Below, in pieces: positions 48,400 to 57,271 of a stretch of DNA of 64,000 nt. Position 1 is the stretch's first letter. Each line of letters begins with the position of its first letter. The notes under the pieces were generated by a model that did not search any database, was not told the DNA's origin, and saw only the letters and a program-made list of their open reading frames with translations. Both the position numbers and the translations under genes were made by a program. The DNA is from a virus (taxonomy: Duplodnaviria > Caudoviricetes), in IMG/VR virus record IMGVR_UViG_3300028833_003520; one strand, given 5' to 3'.

Positions 48400-48789
48400 A
48401 TGGCTTTTATAGAAGGTGATAATTTAGTTATTATTGTAACCCCTTTGATAAAAGAGGTTGCAGAAGTATTGAGGAAAAAGATGCCTGAAATCTCTGAAAT
48501 CGAAAGTTATGTTAGAGCATATCGGTTTATCGAATTGGACGATTATCATAGTGATTATTTTCATCATCGTGCCAATGAAGAGTGTTGCTTGGAAGCGTTT
48601 GATATGAAGGAAGACTATGGTGATGAGCCATTTAAGTTTAATGAATACAGCACCCCTATTGCAATCAATGAGCCTTATTTTTCTGAATATCTTGGCGATA
48701 TTATTAAAAATATGAGTTATCGTGTAGGTGTTTGTTATGATTATCAAAAGCATCTTGATAATGGTACGGTGATAATCAGAGAGGAGTAA
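48400..48789 (+). CDS. Hypothetical protein
   Basis: RBS AAAGGAG. Confidence 0.7.
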   Translation: MAFIEGDNLVIIVTPLIKEVAEVLRKKMPEISEIESYVRAYRFIELDDYHSDYFHHRANEECCLEAFDMKEDYGDEPFKFNEYSTPIAINEPYFSEYLGDIIKNMSYRVGVCYDYQKHLDNGTVIIREE

Positions 48790-49004
48790 TGCTTATGAAA
48801 AAGATGTTTAGAGTTACTGTGAGGTTCCCTCATCAAAAGTATGCGAAGAAAGACCATTATCACTATTATATTGTACTTGCTAAAAGTGAAGATGATGCAA
48901 TAGCAAAAGTACAAAAAGAATTTCGCCACGATATATCAGATTATAGTTTTCACGCTTGGGAATGCGATGAGGATGTTGTATTTGTGAATGGTGAAGACCA
49001 TTGA
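48789..49004 (+). CDS. Hypothetical protein
   Basis: TAATG coupling; RBS GAGGAG. Confidence 0.65.
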   Translation: MLMKKMFRVTVRFPHQKYAKKDHYHYYIVLAKSEDDAIAKVQKEFRHDISDYSFHAWECDEDVVFVNGEDH

Positions 49005-49021
49005 GAGAAGGAGTAAAGGAA

Positions 49022-49192
49022 ATGACTTATCGAAATTATCTGCAGACGACAACGGATGATGAATTTGTCAAGACAAGAGTGATAGCCGAAGTCGCAAGAC
49101 AATATCCAGAGTATGATAAGTTACCTCGTCATAAGCAGTTGGAACTTTGCCGTAAAATACTTGATACAGAAATGGAAGGAACAAATAAATGA
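49022..49192 (+). CDS. Hypothetical protein
   Basis: RBS before MTYRNY. Confidence 0.6.
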   Translation: MTYRNYLQTTTDDEFVKTRVIAEVARQYPEYDKLPRHKQLELCRKILDTEMEGTNK

Positions 49193-49497
49193 CTTGTATC
49201 TTACTGATGTTTTCATTTATCAATCTCTTGTTTGATTCAGTGAACAAGAATAGACGTGCTTTTATGAGTGTCTTTTGCGATATGACGCTTTTCGCTATTA
49301 CATTTGTGCATTGCGTTAATGCGTTGAAAGCGTGTGATTGGAGTGCAGGGTGTATTTTTGCAATAGCAACAATAAACTTTGGAGTTATCGTGTATCACGA
49401 TTACTACTACAATTATATTTTCAAAGACACGAAGAAAGATAAAGCAAATGAAATAGAAGAAGATAAGCAAAGTGAAAACGATACAGGAGAGGACTAA
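49189..49497 (+). CDS. Small membrane protein
   Basis: Hydrophobic segments; ATGA overlap. Confidence 0.6.
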   Translation: MTCILLMFSFINLLFDSVNKNRRAFMSVFCDMTLFAITFVHCVNALKACDWSAGCIFAIATINFGVIVYHDYYYNYIFKDTKKDKANEIEEDKQSENDTGED

Positions 49498-49700
49498 TGG
49501 GTTACGAAACACCAGGTTTCAAAGACCGATGGGAACAATTAAGGACTTGTCCTTGCTGCGGAAAAACTTATAAGCAAATCTGTTCGGAGCAGGCGGCAGG
49601 TTTTCGAGAAAAGGATTTTGATGTATGCCCTTATTGCAGTTTTACTGTGAGGTCGAGTACAAAATTTGAGTTTAATAATTATGAGTTAGAAAAGGAGTGA
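49497..49700 (+). CDS. Small zinc-ribbon protein
   Basis: CPCC...CPYC. Confidence 0.65.
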   Translation: MGYETPGFKDRWEQLRTCPCCGKTYKQICSEQAAGFREKDFDVCPYCSFTVRSSTKFEFNNYELEKE

Positions 49701-50053
49701 TAAAAATGTCAATCGAAGAATTGTATGAGCAGGTATTTGATGAACAGGGGAATGTTAAACCTTGCGGTCGTAAGATTTGTCAGGAACTTATGACGGCTTG
49801 TGAACAGATTATTCACGAACCTTGTGGCGATAAGGAAAATGGCTTTATGAATGTTGAAAAAGTCAAGGAAGCCTATCGTAAGTATTTAATAACGAAAGCA
49901 CAAATTGAACCTGAATTTCCGACACCTCAGATGGAGAAGACTGCGGCAGAATTCTGTAAGGAATTTGACGAAAAAGTTATGGCTCCCTTGAGAGAATGTC
50001 AGGAAACGAATTATCAGACTATTACTCAGGTTAATAAGCCTATCAATGAATAA
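49697..50053 (+). CDS. Hypothetical protein
   Basis: RBS AAAGGAG; coupled to the upstream gene. Confidence 0.65.
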   Translation: MIKMSIEELYEQVFDEQGNVKPCGRKICQELMTACEQIIHEPCGDKENGFMNVEKVKEAYRKYLITKAQIEPEFPTPQMEKTAAEFCKEFDEKVMAPLRECQETNYQTITQVNKPINE

Positions 50054-50065
50054 AGGTGAATTGTT

Positions 50066-51259
50066 ATGGGAATTTTGGTGACTGAAGATTTGATGTATAA
50101 CAATTGTGAAAATATGTATTCTCGTTTAGTTGAAACTGGTGAGTGGAACATTATTCGTGAGTGGGATTTTGAAGCCAATGGTTTTTCTTTGAAGGATTTA
50201 GAAAGCGTTTGTTTTAGACACGATTTCTATTTTAGATGTCCGAATGGGCATTTGTTTAAGGATAGTTTTTGGCATACTGGTTGTCCTGAATGTAAGACTT
50301 ATTTTGATATGAGATTTGGTCGTAGAAATAAGTTAACAATGGAGTTTGATGCATTGAAAAAGCGGTATGGCGAAGAGTCATTAAATCCTTTGATTTATAC
50401 GAATGAATCTGCTTATAATGAGTATATTGCTTTGATTGAAAAATATCCACAGTGGGCGTGCAAATATATATTGCCAACAGCCCCTTTTTCAGAAATGAAA
50501 AAGGTATATCCTGTTGCTGATGAGTTTATTACTCAACTTATAATGAGCGATGATGGTCATTCTGTTACGAATTCAGGCATTGGTACATACTTAATTGGCG
50601 GAAATAGCAGAAAGTATGATACATATATGAGGCAGTATGTGCGTATTTTATATCAAGATGAAATAAAATTACCTTTCAAAATTGCTCGTCGGTTGTTAAG
50701 TCATAATACACAGTGTTATGGTGATGACTATGAAGCCGAAGCAAATTCTGCTGCTCTTGAAGAATGTGATAAAAGTTGTTCTGTAAAAGAGCACGTTATT
50801 GAGTTTTCATCTATTTTCTTAAATCGTTTGGAAAATCTTATAGTGTCAAGTGATAAAATACAGTCTAATGTGCCATTATGTGATGCATTACAGGAATTGT
50901 ATGATACGATGAACGATAGTTCTATGAAGCCGAATAAAAAGTGGCTTGAGTTGGATAATCTTGAGTTCATTAAGAAGTGTAATAAATATGAACACAATAT
51001 TCGTAAGGCTGTAGAATTTTTGAATGAAAATCCTAAGAAATCGTCAAAGCCGTTTCGTGTAGTAGATTTGAAATTACGTCAAAAGATACTCAGACGTGAC
51101 AACTTTACGTGTCAACTTTGTGGTGCTAAAGCACCTGATGTCAGGGTAGAGGTTGACCATAAAGTTCCTTATAGTAAAGGCGGTGAGACAGTAGAGAGTA
51201 ATCTTTGGACACTATGCTGGGAATGTAATCACGGAAAGAGTAATAATTATATAGATTGA
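50066..51259 (+). CDS. Zinc-ribbon + C-terminal HNH endonuclease
   Basis: EWDFEAN...CPNGH...CPEC; HNH domain highly similar to that of 44661..45533. Confidence 0.8.
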   Translation: MGILVTEDLMYNNCENMYSRLVETGEWNIIREWDFEANGFSLKDLESVCFRHDFYFRCPNGHLFKDSFWHTGCPECKTYFDMRFGRRNKLTMEFDALKKRYGEESLNPLIYTNESAYNEYIALIEKYPQWACKYILPTAPFSEMKKVYPVADEFITQLIMSDDGHSVTNSGIGTYLIGGNSRKYDTYMRQYVRILYQDEIKLPFKIARRLLSHNTQCYGDDYEAEANSAALEECDKSCSVKEHVIEFSSIFLNRLENLIVSSDKIQSNVPLCDALQELYDTMNDSSMKPNKKWLELDNLEFIKKCNKYEHNIRKAVEFLNENPKKSSKPFRVVDLKLRQKILRRDNFTCQLCGAKAPDVRVEVDHKVPYSKGGETVESNLWTLCWECNHGKSNNYID

Positions 51260-51267
51260 GGTGTAAT

Positions 51268-51543
51268 ATGACACAGACAATTGAGGAAATCAGAAAGCAA
51301 TACGGTAAAGATAAGAACGCTCTTCTTGAGGCTTATGTTAATAAGATAAAAGAGCGTTTGAAAGAAATTCATCTTGACGGTCTCGTTAGACGTAAAGAAG
51401 ATGGAAGAATCGGTTGGTTGGAAACCGATTATTATGGAGCGTTGTGTTTTTATCCGAGAACAAAGGAAGGCAAGAAGAGTATTAACCAAAATGGAACTAC
51501 GTATCACGTAGAAACGTCCTTTGAGCCTTATGTCGAAGAATAA
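51268..51543 (+). CDS. Hypothetical protein
   Basis: RBS GAGGTG before MTQTIE. Confidence 0.65.
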   Translation: MTQTIEEIRKQYGKDKNALLEAYVNKIKERLKEIHLDGLVRRKEDGRIGWLETDYYGALCFYPRTKEGKKSINQNGTTYHVETSFEPYVEE

Positions 51544-51544
51544 A

Positions 51545-51951
51545 AATGTAGTTGTTTTGTCAAAGCACCAAAACACGATACATAACTTGATGTTAATTGA
51601 TTCTCCGATTTTATCGGGTGAATGACGCAGAAGGGGAATGGGCGAAGCAAGGTACACAAGTGGAGTGAAGCGACAACGCAGGGTCCGTAGCGTTGCCATT
51701 ATGGTTCCTTCAAGGAATGGCTTGCTTGTAGTAGCGGTGCGACGGAAAATAGGCTCTTTCCGAGCAAACTTCTGGGTCGGTACGACTTAGAAGTTAGGCG
51801 TAGAGTTATTAAGTAACACAGTGACATCAGCGTGTTACGAAGAAAGTATCGTGACGAATAGTCAATTATCAAACACATAAGCGTGATTGATGAGAAGAAA
51901 ATAGTTGGTATGTATCTCGGTTTATGCGAGAGACAATTAGAGCATATTGTC
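51545..51951 (+). other. Hairpin-chain element 2 (single-strand origin or ncRNA)
   Basis: About ten consecutive hairpins, e.g. AACTTCTGGGTC/GACTTAGAAGTT, CAACGC/GCGTTG, TCTCG-GTTTATG-CGAGA. Confidence 0.55.
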
Positions 51952-51990
51952 GAATGTTAATGAGAGTGATAAAATATGCTCATAAACGAG
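51940..51990 (+). promoter_or_regulatory. Promoter with operator
   Basis: TTGTCG(51947)-17-TAAAAT(51970); GAGCATATT/AATATGCTC inverted repeat; GCTCATAAACGAG. Confidence 0.6.
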
Positions 51991-52009
51991 GAGAAAGGAG
52001 CACTAACAA

Positions 52010-52171
52010 ATGGCACGCCAAAAACCTATTAAGAATGAACTTGAGAGAATAATAGAGGAAGAAGGATATCGCCCTTGTTTATTTAATCACGAGTGTTTTG
52101 GGTTTGCGTGTTCTAAATATCGTGACTGTGAGTTGCGAGGTGTTACAGTGCGAGGTAATAAGAAAGAATGA
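52010..52171 (+). CDS. 53-aa Cys-containing protein (not in the ORF track)
   Basis: RBS AGAAAGGAG; MARQKPIKNEL...C..C..C..C; ATGA overlap with the next gene. Confidence 0.6.
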   Translation: MARQKPIKNELERIIEEEGYRPCLFNHECFGFACSKYRDCELRGVTVRGNKKE

Positions 52172-52527
52172 TAATGTTTTGTATATGCAATGATTGTGGT
52201 TCACAAACAGAGTTGGATTGCAATGTTCACATAGGTTTTTTGAGAGGTACACAATTTGAGTACCTCTTATCTAATCCGAATTTCACGGAAGAACGCTTTC
52301 AAAATTGGTGGAAAGTGATGTGGGATAATCATCAGATTGCTTGGTGCGAAGACCAAGACGTAATTAACCGTTTCGGCGGTGATGTTGCTGCTTACGGCGG
52401 TACATACGATGAGGAAACTATGAGAATGAAAAATCCGACGGATTTATTCTTGGATGAAGTTGATAGATACACTCAGAATGGGTGTGTCTGTCCAGTATGT
52501 GGTTCGAAAAATAACCGATTGCGTTGA
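52168..52527 (+). CDS. Zinc-binding hypothetical protein
   Basis: CNDC near the N-terminus and CPVC near the C-terminus. Confidence 0.65.
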   Translation: MIMFCICNDCGSQTELDCNVHIGFLRGTQFEYLLSNPNFTEERFQNWWKVMWDNHQIAWCEDQDVINRFGGDVAAYGGTYDEETMRMKNPTDLFLDEVDRYTQNGCVCPVCGSKNNRLR

Positions 52528-52541
52528 AAGGGGCGTTTACA

Positions 52542-53180
52542 GTGAAGAGTCTTGACAAAGTTTTTTATCGAAACAAAACAAAAAGAACACCAAATACTAT
52601 GCTTGATAGGTTCTTTTGGCTTAATCCAAATCTGTCAGGTGAAAAGGCTTGGGGTGATAGTTCAAATGTCACCTACGAGAATATCTATAAGATAGCGACT
52701 TTTGTAAACGATTTTCACGGGCAGGCTTGGGGAACATCACTTCATAGAAGTGTATTCAAGATTGCAGGGTATAGGTGTCTTTGCCAAATCGAAACACCAT
52801 ATCTTTTGACGTGGAAAGAGTCCTTAAATATACATAAACCCGAAGATGTAGAAATGCGTATTCGGTTTATTTTTAATGATGACCATTATGCAAGTCTGCT
52901 TGATTTTGGTCGTAGTTATTTGATTGCTCATATAGGTGAACTGCCACAGGAAACGGAAGCCTTGCGAGAGTTTCTTGACGAGCGTATTGCAGAATGTGCT
53001 CGTCAGTTCTGTAAAGAACTTCTGTGGATTCTCGGTAATATTACCGAGGAGAAGACTGGATATCGTTCACCTGAAGAGTTAGACGAAATCAAATGCAGCG
53101 AAGAGTCGATTACAGAAGAATATGTTCGCTTATTTGGTCAGAGAGTTAAGGACGATGGGAGAGTAACAGACGATGCCTGA
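52542..53180 (+). CDS. Hypothetical protein
   Basis: Long ORF; GTG start after AAGGGG (start uncertain). Confidence 0.65.
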   Translation: MKSLDKVFYRNKTKRTPNTMLDRFFWLNPNLSGEKAWGDSSNVTYENIYKIATFVNDFHGQAWGTSLHRSVFKIAGYRCLCQIETPYLLTWKESLNIHKPEDVEMRIRFIFNDDHYASLLDFGRSYLIAHIGELPQETEALREFLDERIAECARQFCKELLWILGNITEEKTGYRSPEELDEIKCSEESITEEYVRLFGQRVKDDGRVTDDA

Positions 53181-54054
53181 TTATACATATGAGATATGGG
53201 GTGGTAAAAAGATTTATGCGAGGAGCCATAGTCTTGAAATAATTACTGAAAGGTTGCAGGAATTATGGAACACTCCTGTTGGAAGTAGGCAAGAAGCCTT
53301 TACAATAAAGCGAGTGGAAAAACAACACCCACATATGCCAGGGCATTCTTTAGAGAAAAATAGTTTAGCCAAGAGGTTTCCGAAGGTTGCTAAACTGTGG
53401 CATCCAACAAAGAACGATTGCCTAACACCGTCTGATGTTTTTCCTTATAGTAAAACAAAGGTATGGTGGCAATGTAAAAAAGGACACGAGTATTTTATGG
53501 CTATCGACAGTATGGTAAGTGGTGCGAAATGTCCTTGCTGTACTCTTAGGCAAGCGGTGCCAGGAGAGACTGATTTGGCTACAACGCATCCTGATGTTGC
53601 CAAACTATGGCATCCAACAAAGAATGGCGATTTAACACCATTACTTGTGACCGAGAGGTCTGCAGAGAAAGTTTGGTGGCAGTGTGAAAAAGGTCACGAA
53701 TGGGAAGAGCGTATAAATGTTCGTGTTTCAAGAAAGTCCAGTTGCCCTTATTGTAGCGGTACGAGGCTTATAAAGGGCGAGAATGATATTGAAACGCTTT
53801 ATCCCGAAATCGCAAAAGAATGGAAAGATACGAGGCTGAACGGTGGTCTGAAACCCTCAGAATGCACGGAACGTACATTTAAGAATGTATGGTGGCAGTG
53901 CAGCAAGTGTGGAACAACTTATCAGGCTTCGGTCTTTAGACGAGTGAAGGGGTGGCAGAAGTGTCCGACTTGTTATCCTAATGAAGATAATATAATTTCT
54001 CCGAAACGAGCGTATGATGGTTATACGACAATAAGGAGAAAATCAAATAAATAG
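53173..54054 (+). CDS. Protein with three tandem zinc-ribbon (WHPTKN...VWWQC...CPxC) repeats
   Basis: Three repeats; same domain as 14152..14850. Confidence 0.8.
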   Translation: MPDYTYEIWGGKKIYARSHSLEIITERLQELWNTPVGSRQEAFTIKRVEKQHPHMPGHSLEKNSLAKRFPKVAKLWHPTKNDCLTPSDVFPYSKTKVWWQCKKGHEYFMAIDSMVSGAKCPCCTLRQAVPGETDLATTHPDVAKLWHPTKNGDLTPLLVTERSAEKVWWQCEKGHEWEERINVRVSRKSSCPYCSGTRLIKGENDIETLYPEIAKEWKDTRLNGGLKPSECTERTFKNVWWQCSKCGTTYQASVFRRVKGWQKCPTCYPNEDNIISPKRAYDGYTTIRRKSNK

Positions 54055-54068
54055 TTAAAAAGTTAAAT

Positions 54069-54106
54069 GAAAACCTCAAATGTTAAAATTTGGGGTTTTT
54101 CTTTTT
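54069..54106 (+). terminator. Intrinsic terminator
   Basis: GAAAACCTCAAAT/ATTTGGGGTTTTT plus T tract. Confidence 0.75.
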
Positions 54107-54113
54107 GATTTAA

Positions 54114-54149
54114 TTGACAATCTCCATATATGGTGTTATAGTGTTTTTA
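54114..54149 (+). promoter_or_regulatory. Cargo-operon promoter, copy 2
   Basis: TTGACA-atctCCATATATGGtgt-TATAGT-gttttta. Confidence 0.85.
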
Positions 54150-54182
54150 GATTGCAAAACTATGCATAGAAGGAGATTTGCT

Positions 54183-55127
54183 ATGTTAATTGGTCCTGAT
54201 TTCAAATCGTCTAATACGCCTGACGCAATAGTGCGTTGGTACGATAAAGCCGATGTATTTCGTGTAAATAAAGAGGGCGATATTCTTCAGGTTGATTCTG
54301 ATGCGAATGCAAAGCAGCCTGGTTATTTTATACGTATGTGCATATCTGATATGACAGAGAATAGTGAGCGTTCTTATTTAAGATTTGGATTGTTTCATAC
54401 GGATGCTCCTGATGAGCCTTTGTTTATGGGTGCTCCGTTGACAGGATTGCCTGCTAATGCAATGAAGGAATTGTTAGTGACGGAAGGCAAAATCAACGAC
54501 AACGGTAAACAGTTTCTTAAGTATTTCAAGGCAGACTGTGATAACAATCAATCTGTTATTAAGGGACAGTATAAGACTGCAAAAGCCTATCACGATTTTG
54601 TTACTAAGCGTGAAGGCGAGGGTGTTTATGATTATGGTTGTTATGATATGTCAGATGAACTCGGACAGTTTTCAGACGTAGTTGAGAAGAATAAACATAA
54701 ACATCCATTTGAGTATGGATTTATCAATCTTTCAGATAAGGAAGCAGACCAATTAGGTATTCCTCATAATGAAGTATCATCTGCAGAACTTCTTTATGAG
54801 ATACCATACAATAGGAAAGATAGGGTTCGTTTGTTTGCGTCTATGAAGGCTCCTTTAGAGGGAGAGTATGAGAGAGATAGACAGTTTGTTCCTGTATCTG
54901 AATTAGGCAAGGATAAAGAGTTATTAGCGTGGCAGATGGCAGTGGATTATTATCAGATTTATTGTTCAAAGATGTCTCATCGAGTTTGTAATACATCTAA
55001 TTTTAGCCTTATGCCTGATTCTGTAAAGAATGAAATTCAAGAGCAAGAACACGCTGAATCAAAAGAAAGACGGTTGCCAAATGTTCCTGAATCACAGGAA
55101 GATAATCAAACACAGTTAGGAGAATAA
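54183..55127 (+). CDS. Hypothetical protein with RRLP C-terminal tag
   Basis: RBS before MLIGPD; N-terminal domain similar to the C-terminal domain of 55989..57263. Confidence 0.8.
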   Translation: MLIGPDFKSSNTPDAIVRWYDKADVFRVNKEGDILQVDSDANAKQPGYFIRMCISDMTENSERSYLRFGLFHTDAPDEPLFMGAPLTGLPANAMKELLVTEGKINDNGKQFLKYFKADCDNNQSVIKGQYKTAKAYHDFVTKREGEGVYDYGCYDMSDELGQFSDVVEKNKHKHPFEYGFINLSDKEADQLGIPHNEVSSAELLYEIPYNRKDRVRLFASMKAPLEGEYERDRQFVPVSELGKDKELLAWQMAVDYYQIYCSKMSHRVCNTSNFSLMPDSVKNEIQEQEHAESKERRLPNVPESQEDNQTQLGE

Positions 55128-55129
55128 AA

Positions 55130-55231
55130 ATGATTATTGTTTTTGAAGAATTACAAGTTAGTTCAAGTGATGGTGATTATGTTCCCACTGATGAGGAATT
55201 AGCAGAGTTATATAATGATGTAGGAGAATAG
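55130..55231 (+). CDS. 33-aa acidic peptide (not in the ORF track)
   Basis: AGGAG RBS; MIIVFEELQVSSSDGDYVPTDEELAELYNDVGE; exactly fills the gap between two genes. Confidence 0.55.
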   Translation: MIIVFEELQVSSSDGDYVPTDEELAELYNDVGE

Positions 55232-55235
55232 TATT

Positions 55236-55985
55236 ATGGGTATTGGAACACCTTATGGTTACAATGGTGAGATAAAACGGCTTTATGATAAAGACGATAA
55301 GACTCCATCATATATAACACCAACTTTTATGCAGAATAAAACATTGGGTGATATTCAGACGTTTGTTCAAGATGATACAAGTAATATAAGGAGTGATAAG
55401 ACAATGGCTAATAACAAGAAGAAAGCACTGAAGAAGCAGACAGTTATCGTTGATAAGAACGATAAGAAGACAATCGAGATACTTAAAGAACAAAATATCA
55501 ATGTGGTCGAAGCATCACATTCGGATTTTGTTAGAATGAAGAAAGAGGCTCAGATGTCGCCTTTGAAGAAGGCAGGCGAGGTAGCGAAAACGGTTCTTGA
55601 ACCGAAGCCTATTTCGGCTAAATCCATTTCGGTTGCTTCAACGCAAGATAAGCCTGCACAGTTCAAGACGGGTAATGCTGTTATTGATACGATACTTGAT
55701 AAAGACGCAGGCGTTAGCAAGGATGGTCCTACACCGTCTCTTCAGATTGGTGTCGTTAAGAAGGATGGTGCTACACCTTCTGTTGCAGAGCAACTGAAGG
55801 ATAGAGTTCCTATGCTTCACGGTCGTGAGAGAGTGAAGTCTCCTACGGAGAGAATGATTGTTCCTGCTGGGCAGTATGCTGGACCTGATGGTGATTTCGA
55901 TGGTACAACTGTGGATGTTAAGAAGCGTAAGTTACCGAATGTGCCGACGGCAAATGATGGTACACAGCAGCAGTTAGGAGAATAA
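55236..55985 (+). CDS. Hypothetical protein with RKLP C-terminal tag (alternative in-frame start at 55404)
   Basis: RBS before both ATG 55236 and ATG 55404. Confidence 0.75.
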   Translation: MGIGTPYGYNGEIKRLYDKDDKTPSYITPTFMQNKTLGDIQTFVQDDTSNIRSDKTMANNKKKALKKQTVIVDKNDKKTIEILKEQNINVVEASHSDFVRMKKEAQMSPLKKAGEVAKTVLEPKPISAKSISVASTQDKPAQFKTGNAVIDTILDKDAGVSKDGPTPSLQIGVVKKDGATPSVAEQLKDRVPMLHGRERVKSPTERMIVPAGQYAGPDGDFDGTTVDVKKRKLPNVPTANDGTQQQLGE

Positions 55986-55988
55986 TCT

Positions 55989-57263
55989 ATGGCTATTCAG
56001 AAGTACAATGGAGAGTTAGGTAAATTTGAGTATGATGATACTCAATTTGAAATATGCAATGGTGTAGTTAATGGAGACATTTATCTACATTACATCGGTA
56101 AGGAAACGGATGGCTCGAAGATTACAATTCCTTATGGCATCGAAGATGCTAATAAAATGTTTAAGGACACGGCTATCAAGACTGCTCCAACAATCCCCGA
56201 TAGCGTTAAGGTATGTAATGAAATGTTTTGCGGTTGCAATAAGTTGGTAGAGGCATCAGAAATACCGACAAATGTACGGTCTTGTTACCATATGTTTTAT
56301 GGTTGCAAATCGTTAAAAGAGCCGCCTTATATTCACGATGGACCTGAAGACTGTCGTGGAATGTTTCAGAACTGTAGCCATCTTGAAGTTGGTGCAGAAT
56401 TACCAAATACTGCAACAAAAGTTTCAATGGTTTTTTGCGGTTGTGGTTCTATGAAGAGTGCTCCTGATATGCCAAACATTATGCGTATCAAGTCTATGGA
56501 TAGTGCGTTTATGGGATGTAAATCTTTGGAAAGAGCATTTATCCCTGATGGTGTGGAAGATTGTAGTTTTATGTTTAACGGATGTACTTCTCTTAAAGAA
56601 GCACCTGCAGTACCATCGTCTGTTATTAAGACAAGTTATATGTTTGACAGATGTACTGATGAGATACAGGGTCAAGGCAAGTGGAATATTGAACATAGAA
56701 ATAGACGTGCTTCTCAGGATGAGCCGAAGGCTTTGAGAGATGCAAGGCAGGCTATGATTATGAAAAAGCAGCAGGATAAAATGCAGAGATATGTTTATGC
56801 AGAAGGTAAGACCTGTAACGGTCACGACTTGGCATTTGCTTTCGATATGTATCACGATAATGTTGTACGTTTTAGAAAGGGTAGGTTATTTCAAGAGAGA
56901 AGAGATATGAACGATAAGGGTAATTACTTTGCTCGTATAATGCAGGTCACTAACGGTGACCCGTATGCAAGAGATTCTCTTATCGTAATGTTCCACGATG
57001 ATATGCCTTCAACGCCACTTTATGCAGAGCATTTTGGCTTGTGCGATGGTACTCTTAAAAAGCATCTGTACGACCAGAATGGTTCGTTCACGAATCTTGG
57101 CAATGATATGATGCTTGATTTCTTAAATGGTGATTTTAAGAAGAATGTACCAGAGGTGGTCAAGTATAAGGATAAGTTGATGAAGAATCCGAAACTCAAC
57201 GAGCGTAGATTACCTGATTATCCTAAGGAGAATGAAGGTAATGATAAACAGTATGGAGAGTGA
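55989..57263 (+). CDS. BspA-like LRR protein + unknown domain + RRLP tag
   Basis: About seven MFxGCxxL repeats; no signal peptide. Confidence 0.8.
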   Translation: MAIQKYNGELGKFEYDDTQFEICNGVVNGDIYLHYIGKETDGSKITIPYGIEDANKMFKDTAIKTAPTIPDSVKVCNEMFCGCNKLVEASEIPTNVRSCYHMFYGCKSLKEPPYIHDGPEDCRGMFQNCSHLEVGAELPNTATKVSMVFCGCGSMKSAPDMPNIMRIKSMDSAFMGCKSLERAFIPDGVEDCSFMFNGCTSLKEAPAVPSSVIKTSYMFDRCTDEIQGQGKWNIEHRNRRASQDEPKALRDARQAMIMKKQQDKMQRYVYAEGKTCNGHDLAFAFDMYHDNVVRFRKGRLFQERRDMNDKGNYFARIMQVTNGDPYARDSLIVMFHDDMPSTPLYAEHFGLCDGTLKKHLYDQNGSFTNLGNDMMLDFLNGDFKKNVPEVVKYKDKLMKNPKLNERRLPDYPKENEGNDKQYGE

Positions 57264-57271
57264 CAATCCAA

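Noticed and set aside
45679-54182. ORF-track TTG starts at 45679 and 54114
   Set aside because: These TTGs are the -35 boxes of promoters; RBS-supported starts are at 45748 and 54183.
55880-55910. GDFDG resembling the RNA polymerase NADFDGD motif
   Set aside because: The third Asp is missing (DFDGT), and the protein is short and low-complexity with no sign of a double-psi barrel.
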